Shown: positions 6,994-15,874 of the stretch, in pieces
Numbering within the stretch: position 1 is the first letter of the stretch
Layout of the letters: each line of letters begins with the position of its first letter
Source of the DNA: an uncultured Pseudomonadota bacterium
Lineage (GTDB): Bacteria; Desulfobacterota; Syntrophorhabdia; Syntrophorhabdales; CAYQXL01
Direction: 5' to 3'
Assembly: GCA_964421445.1 (NCBI GenBank)
Contig: CAYQXL010000001.1
Span: forward strand, 1,981 to 65,980
Length of the DNA: 64,000 bases
Notes under the pieces: generated by a model
What the model saw: only the letters and a program-made list of their open reading frames with translations
Databases searched by the model: none
What the model was told of the DNA's origin: nothing
Position numbers and translations under genes: made by a program

Positions 6994-8544
6994 TTAACTC
7001 TTTCTGTTGTACCCGAATCGTTGCTCAAAAACGGGAGCGATAAGGTTGTCCACAGGGGCGTGGCTGTCGGTGATGATGATAGACGGCCTCTTGTTGATGA
7101 ATTCGTCCATCAGGTCTTCCGGAACAACCTGGGCTGTGGCCCGCCCTTTCAGATGGGTTCTCACGAATTGTTGGAAATCCTTCATATCGAGCGGTCCGTT
7201 TGAGGCGATGACGATGAATGTGCTGATTCTGGTGTTTCTGAAGTCGGGACTGACCGATATGAGGTAGACGTTCTGATCGCCAAAGACCGACCTGAGTGTC
7301 TTGATATAGGACGGCAGAAAAAGACCGCGCTGGAAGTTGTCGATGATGTTGGACATGACGATGGCGCCAGGATTCATGATATTTTTCATTTCCTGCATAA
7401 ACTCCCTGGTTGTGAGGTGGTAGGGAATCGACAGGTCGTTGTAAGCGTCGGTGAAGATTACATCGTATTTGGCTTTGCAGTTCATCACGAACCACCGGCC
7501 GTCGGTGTTGTACGATTGTATCCGGGTCTCTCTCGGCATTCCCAGATAGTCGTAGACGATTTTTGTCACTTCCGGATCGATCTCGACGACATCGATATGG
7601 GCTTTCGGATATGCGATCTCCATCCATCGCGGGAAGGTATAGCCGCCACCGCCGATGGTGAGCGTGCTGAAGCTGTCGTCACCGGCAAATTTCCATTTCA
7701 GGACATCAGCGTAGATTCTCTCGTATTCGTATTCCACATGATAGGGATCGTTCAATGCTACGTAAGAGTGAATGAGGTTGTCGAGGACCATGGCATCAAG
7801 CTCTGTCTGACCGTCAGCACTCATCGTCTTTGTCAGTTTGATCGTGTAGTAGTCGCTTTCCCTGTAGAGATAAGTCTTCTCGGACAGGGGAATGGCATAG
7901 AGATAGTGGTGCGTTCCCCAAACAAGGGGTGCCATGATGACAACGAAGATGGCGGCAGTCACTTTTGACCGGAAAAGTGCTCCTGACAGGACCGCTGCGA
8001 GGATCAGGATGATCCCCATGGTGAGAATGATCGTCCGTGTTCCCATGTACGATATGAGGACGAACCCGGTGGCAAAGGTTCCGATGATTGCGCCGAGGGT
8101 CGACATGGCGTAAATCTTTCCGATGACATTGCCCGCTTTGTCCAGATTCTTGAGTGTCAGCCGCACGACAACAGGAGAGATTGTTCCCAGGATACAGCCG
8201 GGGACAAAAAATATGATTGTTGTGACGAGAAAGATCCGCATCATGAGGGAGAGGGGAAACTTATATCCTGCCACGAGATGTGTGAGAGGGATGATGGAAA
8301 GGGCCGTGATTCCCGAGAGAAGAAGGAGCCATCCCAGGGTCCTTCGCGTCGGAAAACGGTCCACCAGCTTTCCGCCGATGTAGGCGCCGATACTGATCCC
8401 TGCGAGGATCACGCCGATGATGCTTGTCCAGGTGTAGATGGATACACCGACAAACGGGGCTAAAATGCGGCCTGCCACCATCTCGATGACGAGCGAGCAA
8501 AAGCTCGCGATAAACATAATGACATACGCTTCAAAAAGACTCAT
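6994..8544 (-). CDS. Fused polytopic membrane domain / spermidine-synthase-like SAM-dependent transferase
   Basis: The N-terminal ~200 aa contain multiple TM helices. The C-terminal region reads LTIGGGGYTFPRW...HIDVVEIDPEV...YDVIFTDAYND, typical of the spermine/spermidine synthase fold. Confidence 0.75.
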   Translation of the reverse strand: MSLFEAYVIMFIASFCSLVIEMVAGRILAPFVGVSIYTWTSIIGVILAGISIGAYIGGKLVDRFPTRRTLGWLLLLSGITALSIIPLTHLVAGYKFPLSLMMRIFLVTTIIFFVPGCILGTISPVVVRLTLKNLDKAGNVIGKIYAMSTLGAIIGTFATGFVLISYMGTRTIILTMGIILILAAVLSGALFRSKVTAAIFVVIMAPLVWGTHHYLYAIPLSEKTYLYRESDYYTIKLTKTMSADGQTELDAMVLDNLIHSYVALNDPYHVEYEYERIYADVLKWKFAGDDSFSTLTIGGGGYTFPRWMEIAYPKAHIDVVEIDPEVTKIVYDYLGMPRETRIQSYNTDGRWFVMNCKAKYDVIFTDAYNDLSIPYHLTTREFMQEMKNIMNPGAIVMSNIIDNFQRGLFLPSYIKTLRSVFGDQNVYLISVSPDFRNTRISTFIVIASNGPLDMKDFQQFVRTHLKGRATAQVVPEDLMDEFINKRPSIIITDSHAPVDNLIAPVFEQRFGYNRKS

Positions 8545-8728
8545 GGCAGAATGGCCCTCCGTAACTGTAATCTTGGATTTCTGGTCAGACGCTTAATACT
8601 AATGAAGAAGCAGCCTTTTTGTCAAACGATTTTCCGCTCCCTTTCGCTCCGAATGAGCCATTGATCCTGTTTTTGCGCATGAGACGTTTGGAGGGGACGA
8701 AGAAAAGGATTTTTATTGAAGAATACAT

Positions 8729-8734
8729 TATAAT
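8729..8734 (+). promoter_or_regulatory. -10 box (TATAAT) placed 6 nt before the response-regulator ATG; possible leaderless transcript
   Basis: The sequence is cat-TATAAT-actact-ATG with no Shine-Dalgarno. The -35 region is poor (AGGATT at 17 nt). Confidence 0.3.
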
Positions 8735-8740
8735 ACTACT

Positions 8741-9421
8741 ATGCGTGTTCTTATCGTGGAAGACGAAGAGAAGGTTGCAAACTTTCTGAGCAGAGGCCTC
8801 GAAGAGGAAGGTTACTCGGTGGATGTGGCGTATGATGGCAGGGCGGGCCTCAAGTTCATAAAGGAGAACGCCTATGATCTCGTTCTCCTGGATTTGATGC
8901 TGCCTGAAATTGACGGACTGGAAGTCCTCCGGCGGATGCGGAGCGAAGGGATCGATTTCCCGGTCCTTATCACAACAGCGAAGAACTCGAAAGAAGATGT
9001 GGTGAAGGGGCTTGACCTGGGAAGTGACGACTATCTGACCAAACCCTTTTCTTTTGAAGAACTGCTCGCACGGATGAGGGCCCTCCTGAGACGGAGCAAA
9101 AAACCTGACAGCCACATTCTCGAATATCGCCAGATCGCCCTCAACCCCTACAACAGGACCCTGACGGTTGGGTCGAAAGAGATCGAGCTCACTGACAAGG
9201 AATTTCTTATGATGGAATACTTTCTCAAGAACAGCGAGAAGAAGGTATCCCGAAAGGACATTGCTGATTATGTCTGGCAGAATAAATCTGATACCACGAA
9301 CATCGTCGACGTCTACATCAACTTTCTCCGGAAGAAGATCGAGTCCCTGACACCGAAAAAGTATATTCAGAGCATACGGGGCGTTGGATATATCCTGAAA
9401 GAAGAGGATGAAAAGAATTAA
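8741..9421 (+). CDS. OmpR-family response regulator (CusR/CopR-like)
   Basis: The receiver domain reads MRVLIVEDEEKV...DLVLLDLMLPEIDG...TKPF. A winged-helix C-terminus reads IRGVGYIL. Confidence 0.9.
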   Translation: MRVLIVEDEEKVANFLSRGLEEEGYSVDVAYDGRAGLKFIKENAYDLVLLDLMLPEIDGLEVLRRMRSEGIDFPVLITTAKNSKEDVVKGLDLGSDDYLTKPFSFEELLARMRALLRRSKKPDSHILEYRQIALNPYNRTLTVGSKEIELTDKEFLMMEYFLKNSEKKVSRKDIADYVWQNKSDTTNIVDVYINFLRKKIESLTPKKYIQSIRGVGYILKEEDEKN

Positions 9422-10808
9422 CCTGCCTATTCGATGGAGGCTGACGCTCTGGTACAGCGGGATCCTTACGCTCATCCTCGCTGTCTTTGCGACAGGCGTT
9501 TTCATCTATTTTCAGAATAGTCTTCAGGCGTCCATCGATGCAAAGATACGGAGCATCGGCGATGTGCTCTCAACGGCAGCGACCGAGTCGCATAATCCCA
9601 ACGTATTCAACAATTTCGAACGATACCTCGAAAATGTCCTGGGAAGGAAGCCGAAAGGAAAGTTTATCCAGATCATGGATAAATCAGGCAAGATCGGAGC
9701 CAAAATGGACGATATTGAAACGGGGTCCCTGCCCACGACTTTCGCAACCCTTGAACGGGCACTGAGAGGAGAGGTTGTCTACGAAACGATCGGGAAGGCG
9801 AAGCCCCGGCTCAGGCTCGTGACGATTCCGATCCTCGAGAAGAACAAGACAACGAGTATTGTCCAGGTCGGTACCTCTATGGAGGACTTCGATGAGACCA
9901 TGAGAAAGCTTCTGATTATCCTCCTCATCGGCATCCCCTCTTCTATAGGTGTTACGGTTGTCGTGGGATATTTCCTTGCAAAGAAGGCGTTGAAGCCGGT
10001 GGACCAGATCAGAAAGGCGGCGGTCAAGATATCGTCGAGAAATCTCGATGAGAAGATCGTCCTCGGTCCGCGACGGGATGAGCTGACCAGGCTTGCTGCG
10101 ACGTTCAACGAGATGATCAGTAGACTGAAGAACGCCTTTCAGCGGGTGAATCAATTCAGCTCCGATGTCTCTCATGAACTGAAGACGCCCCTTACAATCC
10201 TGAAAGGAGAGACGGAGGTCGCCCTCCGGAAGGACAGGGAGGGTCCCTATTACAGGGGGCTTTTGTCGAGCCATCTCGAAGAGATCGACAGGATGAACAG
10301 GATTATCGAAGACCTTCTGCTCCTTTCCAAGGCTGATGCCCGGGAAGTCCAGTTGAATCTGGAGGAGATCGATCTTAAAGATTTAATCATCGATGTCTGT
10401 ATGGATATAAAGTTCTTTGCCGACAAAAAAGGTGTCGATCTCGTGGTTGGTGACCTTAACGATGTGAAGATGCAGGCGGACGAACTGAAGCTTCGGCGGA
10501 TGCTCCTGAACGTTATCGAAAACGGTGTCAAATACACCCACCAGGGGGGGAAGGTGGAGGTCGCGACCGCCGTGAACAACGGGAATGTCCGTATATACAT
10601 CAAGGATAATGGAGCCGGTATCTCGGAAGAGGATATAAAGTATGTTTTTGACCGGTTTTACCGGGGAGACAAATCGAGAAAACGGGAGAGCGGTAGCGGT
10701 CTTGGTCTCTCGATCAGCAAGTGGATCGCCGAAGCTCACCACGGGGGCATCGAAGTGGAGAGTTTTCAGGCCCAGGGAAGTCAATTTACAATTACATTGC
10801 CCGTATAA
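9408..10808 (+). CDS. Sensor histidine kinase (CusS/heavy-metal-sensor-like architecture)
   Basis: Two TM segments flank a ~130-aa periplasmic domain. There is a HAMP domain, an H-box (FSSDVSHELKTPLT), and N/G boxes (NVIENGVKYT, DNGAGI, GSGLGLSI). It overlaps the response regulator gene by 14 nt. Confidence 0.9.
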   Translation: MKRINLPIRWRLTLWYSGILTLILAVFATGVFIYFQNSLQASIDAKIRSIGDVLSTAATESHNPNVFNNFERYLENVLGRKPKGKFIQIMDKSGKIGAKMDDIETGSLPTTFATLERALRGEVVYETIGKAKPRLRLVTIPILEKNKTTSIVQVGTSMEDFDETMRKLLIILLIGIPSSIGVTVVVGYFLAKKALKPVDQIRKAAVKISSRNLDEKIVLGPRRDELTRLAATFNEMISRLKNAFQRVNQFSSDVSHELKTPLTILKGETEVALRKDREGPYYRGLLSSHLEEIDRMNRIIEDLLLLSKADAREVQLNLEEIDLKDLIIDVCMDIKFFADKKGVDLVVGDLNDVKMQADELKLRRMLLNVIENGVKYTHQGGKVEVATAVNNGNVRIYIKDNGAGISEEDIKYVFDRFYRGDKSRKRESGSGLGLSISKWIAEAHHGGIEVESFQAQGSQFTITLPV

Positions 10809-10820
10809 AGGAGGAACCGG

Positions 10821-12284
10821 ATGTCAGGGAAAAAGTGGTTTGGTCTTCTTTTGCTTATCGTTGTGGCGCTTGTTGCCCTTGTCTACGCCAAAGCAAAGAT
10901 CAGTGTGGAAAATACATGGGTCGATAGCAGCAGGCCTCCCATCCAGAATGTTGCACTCGATAAAACAGGACTCCCGAGTTTCAGCGGACTAGTCAAGGCT
11001 GTCAGCCCGGCGGTTGTCAATATAAGCACCACGATGGTTGTCAAGGGTCCCGATATGAATGACCGCTTTAGCGGGCCCAATCAGTTCAGAGACTTTTTCG
11101 GCAACGATTTTTTCGAGAAGTTTTTCGGCGATATGCCCCGCCGGGATTTCAAGCAACGAAGCCTCGGATCGGGATTTATTATTGACCGCGAGGGATACAT
11201 CATCACGAACAACCACGTTGTTGAAAAAGCACAGACCATAAAAGTCCGTCTTACCGACGGCAACGATTACGATGCAACGGTGATAGGAAAAGACCCGAAG
11301 ACCGATATTGCCCTCATCAAGATCAATGCAAAAAAGAACCTCCCTGTGGCGACCCTCGGCGATTCGGACAAACTTGAAGTCGGTGACTGGGTTCTTGCCA
11401 TCGGGAATCCCTTCGGTCTCGAACATACGGTAACGGCGGGTATTGTCAGTGCCAAACAGAGGGTGATCGGCGCAGGACCGTATGATGATTTTATCCAGAC
11501 CGACGCATCCATCAATCCGGGAAACAGCGGCGGGCCTCTCTTTAACCTCAAAGGCGAGGTTGTTGGTCTCAATACGGCGATCATTTCAGGGGGGCAGGGA
11601 ATCGGTTTCGCTGTCCCCATAAACATTGCCAAGAATTTGCTGAGCCAGCTCAAGACGAAAGGAAAGGTCACACGGGGGTGGCTCGGTGTGGTGATACAGA
11701 AGGTAACCCCTGAACTGGCGAAGAACTTTGGTCTCAAGGATTCGGAAGGGGCGCTTGTGTCTGACGTCATGGACCAGAGTCCTGCTGATAAGGCCGGTGT
11801 AAAGCGGGGAGACGTCATTGTTGCTCTTGACGGAAAGAAGATCAAGGATATGGATACGCTTCCCCGGATGGTGGCGTCGACGGATGTGGGGAAGACGGTG
11901 AAGCTCGGTATCATCAGGGATGGCAAGACCTTCGATGTGAACGTTGTTATTGCCGAACTGAAGGACGAGAAGGTTGCTGCGTCGAGAAAACAGTCGGTGG
12001 AGAAAGATTTTGGCCTCGTTGTCCAGGATATCACTCCTGAAATCGCCAAACACATGGGCCTGAAGGATCGCCGCGGTGTCATTGTCACTGACGTTCAGCC
12101 CGGGAGTCCGGCAGCAGAGGCGGACATCCGGTCAGGCGACATCATTCTCGAAGTGGGCCGGAGGCAGCAGATAAAGAATCTGGCGGACTTCAGAGATGCG
12201 ATGAAAAAGTCCAATATCAAACAGGGTGTCACCTTGCTCGTAAAAAGGGAGAACGTCACCTTCTTTGCAACATTGAAGGAGTAA
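10821..12284 (+). CDS. htrA: Periplasmic serine endoprotease HtrA/DegP/DegQ family with two PDZ domains
   Basis: It has a signal anchor. The catalytic triad context is TNNHVV, DIALIK and GNSGGPLFN. Two PDZ-like repeats follow. Confidence 0.9.
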   Translation: MSGKKWFGLLLLIVVALVALVYAKAKISVENTWVDSSRPPIQNVALDKTGLPSFSGLVKAVSPAVVNISTTMVVKGPDMNDRFSGPNQFRDFFGNDFFEKFFGDMPRRDFKQRSLGSGFIIDREGYIITNNHVVEKAQTIKVRLTDGNDYDATVIGKDPKTDIALIKINAKKNLPVATLGDSDKLEVGDWVLAIGNPFGLEHTVTAGIVSAKQRVIGAGPYDDFIQTDASINPGNSGGPLFNLKGEVVGLNTAIISGGQGIGFAVPINIAKNLLSQLKTKGKVTRGWLGVVIQKVTPELAKNFGLKDSEGALVSDVMDQSPADKAGVKRGDVIVALDGKKIKDMDTLPRMVASTDVGKTVKLGIIRDGKTFDVNVVIAELKDEKVAASRKQSVEKDFGLVVQDITPEIAKHMGLKDRRGVIVTDVQPGSPAAEADIRSGDIILEVGRRQQIKNLADFRDAMKKSNIKQGVTLLVKRENVTFFATLKE

Positions 12285-12378
12285 CTGAGGGCGGACGGGT
12301 GACCTTCGTCATTGATAAGCAGGTGTGAATGTGATTGAATGGAATACTAACGGTCGTTTCGGGGGGTTTTAGAATACC

Positions 12379-13584
12379 ATGCCTCTATATGCGTGGGAAG
12401 GAAAGACGACGAAGGGCGGCATCCGGAAAGGAATGCTGAATGCCGAATCCGAGTCGTCCCTCCGCACCTTGCTCAGACGGGACAATGTCATTCTCATACG
12501 GGCCCGGGAAAAGGCCGGACAAGAGAAAGACCAGTTCAATCCTCGGCGGAAAGTCAAGCCTCTCCAGATCGTTATTTTCACGCGGCAACTCGCCACGATG
12601 ATAACCTCCGGACTCCCCCTTGTTCAGTCGCTGGCGATCCTTTCGAACCAGCTCGAAGACAAGAATCTCAAGATCATTGTCACTGATGTAAAGGAGAAGA
12701 TCGAAGGGGGATCGAGATTTGCCGATGCCTTGAAACAGTATCCGAAAGTCTTTGATTCACTCTACGTTAACCTTGTTGTGGCCGGCGAAGAGGGAGGCAA
12801 TCTTGATACGGTTCTCCAGCGTCTTGCGGTCTATATGGAGAAGGTGGAAAAGCTGAAGAAAAAAGTGAAATCAGCGATGATCTACCCCATCAGTATCCTT
12901 GTTGTTGCCGTGGGCGTTGTCATGGTGTTACTTATCTTCGTCATTCCTGTTTTTGAGAACCTCTTCAAAGATGTAGGGGCAAAACTGCCCATGCCGACAG
13001 AGATCGTCATTGGTCTGAGCAAGTTCATGAAATCGAGTATCCACCTGATTATCGCTGCAGTGATCGTCGGTGTCTTTCTGTTCCGCCGTTACTACAGAAC
13101 GGAAAAGGGGGCGAGGACAATCGACAAGCTCCTTTTGCGTCTCCCCGTCTTCGGTGTTCTCGTTCTCAAATCTTCCATTGCCCGCGTTACCCGGACACTT
13201 GCCACCCTCCTGTCGAGCGGTGTCGCCATCCTCGAAAGCATGGCCATTGTGGCCCGGATAGCGGGGAATAAGGTTATCGAGGAGGCGTTTATCACGGCCC
13301 GGTCACGGATCAGTGAAGGAAAGAGCATGTCTGAACCCCTTGAGGAAAGTGGTATCTTCCCTCCCATGGTCGTGCAGATGGTCCAGGTCGGTGAATCGAC
13401 AGGAGCCCTCGACAGCATGCTCAACAAGATAGCTGATTTCTACGAAGAAGATGTGGACAATCTTGTCACCAACCTCACGTCTCTCCTTGAGCCGGCTATC
13501 ATGATCTTTCTTGGTATCGTCCTCGGCGCTCTTCTTGTGGCCATGTATCTGCCCATCTTCAAGCTGGGCACTGCTGTCGGATAA
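12379..13584 (+). CDS. pilC: Type IV pilus / type II secretion platform protein (PilC/GspF family)
   Basis: The T2SS-F domain is duplicated (IFTRQLATMITSGLPLVQSL... and ...RVTRTLATLLSSGVAILESM), and there are 3 TM segments. Confidence 0.85.
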   Translation: MPLYAWEGKTTKGGIRKGMLNAESESSLRTLLRRDNVILIRAREKAGQEKDQFNPRRKVKPLQIVIFTRQLATMITSGLPLVQSLAILSNQLEDKNLKIIVTDVKEKIEGGSRFADALKQYPKVFDSLYVNLVVAGEEGGNLDTVLQRLAVYMEKVEKLKKKVKSAMIYPISILVVAVGVVMVLLIFVIPVFENLFKDVGAKLPMPTEIVIGLSKFMKSSIHLIIAAVIVGVFLFRRYYRTEKGARTIDKLLLRLPVFGVLVLKSSIARVTRTLATLLSSGVAILESMAIVARIAGNKVIEEAFITARSRISEGKSMSEPLEESGIFPPMVVQMVQVGESTGALDSMLNKIADFYEEDVDNLVTNLTSLLEPAIMIFLGIVLGALLVAMYLPIFKLGTAVG

Positions 13585-13598
13585 CGACCGCCTCTATC

Positions 13599-14582
13599 TT
13601 ATAAGCCCTCTGAGGGGATCATTCCGAGATCCCGGATCATCTCCAGATCATGGGTCGAATCCCTGCCCAGTGTCGTCAGGTAATTACCCGTCATGAGGGA
13701 GTTGCACCCTGCGACGATTGCAAGAGGCAAAAGTTGACGGAGATTCTTCTCCTTTCCACCACAGAGCTTGATGTCCTTGTCAGGGAGAATGAACCGGAAA
13801 AGGGCAACGGTCAGGAGGATTTCGAGAGGGGCGAGCGCCGGCCGGTCCATGAAGGGGGTTCCGGGGATGGGATTGAGAATGTTGATCGGCACTGAATCGA
13901 CGTCCAGTTCCTTCAGGGTGAACGCAAGCTCTATCCTCTGCTCCATTGTCTCTCCGAGACCGATTATTCCTCCCGAACAGACGGAAAGACCGGCCTCTTT
14001 GGCGACACGGACCGTTGTAATGTCTTCCTCGTAAGCGTGGGTGGAGCAGATTTCGTCGAAATAGCTCCGGGCTGTTTCGAGGTTGTGGTGATACCGGTAC
14101 ATTCCCGCTTCCTTCAGTCTGCGGGCCTGGTCCCTGGTGACCATGCCGAGTGAGCCGCAGGGATGGATCCCCATATGGTTCATCGTTTCCGATGCCTTGT
14201 ATATTGATGTCCATTCCTCGTCGGATACAATATTTGTTCCGCTGGTGACAATACCGAAAAAGTGGGCGCCGTTCTCCTGGGCTTCCTTCGCTTTTGCGAT
14301 CATCTCTTCAGGAGAGACGAGGGCATAAACGGGAGCATCGGTCTGGTAATGGGCAGACTGGGCGCAGAACCGGCAATTCTCGGGACAGATGCCTGACTTG
14401 GCGTTGATGATGGCACACAGGCTGATGCGGCTGTCTTTGAAATGTTCCCGTATTTCATTGGCGTATGCGAAAAGCATGAAGGGCCGTTGTCTCCCCTCAC
14501 GGCAGAGGCTGATAGCGTCATCAACGGTTATTCCGACTTTCTCGATCGCCTTCTCTCTGCATTTCTCAAGAAGTGAGTTCAT
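13599..14582 (-). CDS. bioB: Biotin synthase, radical SAM (anaerobe-type auxiliary-cluster ligand pattern)
   Basis: SGICPENCRFCAQS (CxxxCxxC), YHHNLET, VCSGGIIGLGE. The start is set at ATG 14582 (GGAGG 4 nt upstream), which forms an ATGA overlap with the trmFO stop. The track ORF extends to 14618. Confidence 0.85.
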   Translation of the reverse strand: MNSLLEKCREKAIEKVGITVDDAISLCREGRQRPFMLFAYANEIREHFKDSRISLCAIINAKSGICPENCRFCAQSAHYQTDAPVYALVSPEEMIAKAKEAQENGAHFFGIVTSGTNIVSDEEWTSIYKASETMNHMGIHPCGSLGMVTRDQARRLKEAGMYRYHHNLETARSYFDEICSTHAYEEDITTVRVAKEAGLSVCSGGIIGLGETMEQRIELAFTLKELDVDSVPINILNPIPGTPFMDRPALAPLEILLTVALFRFILPDKDIKLCGGKEKNLRQLLPLAIVAGCNSLMTGNYLTTLGRDSTHDLEMIRDLGMIPSEGL

Positions 14583-15874
14583 GATGCCTCCTGTACTCGA
14601 TCGGTCTCTTCTTTCCATGCCTCAATAGATGCAAGGGCCTTCTGCACTATCGCCGTCTTTTCCCGTTTGTTGTAGTGTTCGAAGAGACCGAAGTTTATAT
14701 TCATAGGTTGAAAATTCTCTCTCGGTGTGATGATGTAGCGGAGCAGGGAGCCGAGAGCCGTATCGGACGGAGGAAGGGGCAGATCGATCCCCCGGGAGAA
14801 AAAAGCCGCACTTAGTCCTGCATAGAAGCCCATCGCCGTCGACTCCATATATCCTTCAACGCCTGTTATCTGACCGGCAAAGAAGGTCTGTTCTCTCGTC
14901 GCGAGGTTCAACCGTCCCGTGAGCAGGGTCGGTGCGTTGAGATAGGTGTTCCGGTGAACGCTGCCGTACCGGAGAAAACGGGCATTCCTAAGGGCCGGTA
15001 TAAGCCTGAAGACCCGGTCCTGGGAAGGATAGGTCAGCTTGGTCTGGAAACCGACGAGATTATACATTCTGCCGTCTTTGTCCTCACGGCGGAGTTGGAC
15101 CACGGCGAAAGGCCGTTTACCTGTTGAGTCTCTCAGTCCCACCGGTTTCATGGGGCCGTAGAGGAGGGTTTCCCTGCCCCGGCCCGCCATGACTTCGATG
15201 GGCAGACAGCCTTCAAAGTAGGCCAGTCTTTCGAAGGAACGTTCTTCCACCCTCTCTCCCTGGGAGAGGGCGTCAAAAAACAGATCATACTCGTCCTTCG
15301 TCATGGGGCAGTTGAGGTAATCACTGCTTCCTTCGCTATACCGGGATGCGAAGAAGGCCGAGTCCATGTCGATGCTGTTTCCGTCGACAATCGGCGAAAT
15401 GGCGTCGTAAAAATGGAGGTTTGCGGAGCCGGTGAGTTCGGCGATGTTTGCTGCCAGGGCGTCGCTTGTGAGAGGGCCTGTGGCAATGATCGCCGTATCG
15501 TCGGGCACCGTAATCTCTTCCTCGCGGACGATACGGATGGCGGGGCACGATTCTATTTCTGCTGTTACGTCCCGGGAGAACGCTTCCCTGTCGACGACCA
15601 GAGCCTTTCCTCCGGCAATGGCGTTTCTGTCGGCTATCTTCACGACAAGTGACCCGAGCCGGCGCAGTTCTTCCTTCAGGAGGCCGTGGGCATTCTGAAG
15701 GTCCTGGGATTTCAGGGAATTGCTGCAGACCAGTTCGGACAGATAGGCTGTTTTGTGGGCAGGAGTGAGCTTGTGAGGCCTCATCTCGCAGAGCGTGACG
15801 CTTGTCCCGAGACGGGCTATCTGGAAGGCTGCCTCAGTCCCTGCGAGCCCTCCTCCGATTACTTTGACTTCCAT
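14579..15874 (-). CDS. trmFO: Methylenetetrahydrofolate-tRNA-(uracil54-C5)-methyltransferase TrmFO (Gid)
   Basis: MEVKVIGGGLAGTEAAFQIA...LSELVCSNSLKS... The start is set at Met38 of track ORF 14579..15985, because the upstream extension overlaps the topA 3' end. Confidence 0.9.
   Translation of the reverse strand: MEVKVIGGGLAGTEAAFQIARLGTSVTLCEMRPHKLTPAHKTAYLSELVCSNSLKSQDLQNAHGLLKEELRRLGSLVVKIADRNAIAGGKALVVDREAFSRDVTAEIESCPAIRIVREEEITVPDDTAIIATGPLTSDALAANIAELTGSANLHFYDAISPIVDGNSIDMDSAFFASRYSEGSSDYLNCPMTKDEYDLFFDALSQGERVEERSFERLAYFEGCLPIEVMAGRGRETLLYGPMKPVGLRDSTGKRPFAVVQLRREDKDGRMYNLVGFQTKLTYPSQDRVFRLIPALRNARFLRYGSVHRNTYLNAPTLLTGRLNLATREQTFFAGQITGVEGYMESTAMGFYAGLSAAFFSRGIDLPLPPSDTALGSLLRYIITPRENFQPMNINFGLFEHYNKREKTAIVQKALASIEAWKEETDRVQEAS

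Noticed and set aside
6743-6997. 84-aa + strand ORF
   Set aside because: It runs across the minus-strand tRNA-Gly gene, so it is not coding.
8585-9505. 306-aa minus-strand ORF covering the response-regulator gene
   Set aside because: It is antisense to an unmistakable OmpR-family response regulator. No motifs are present and it spans the intergenic region.
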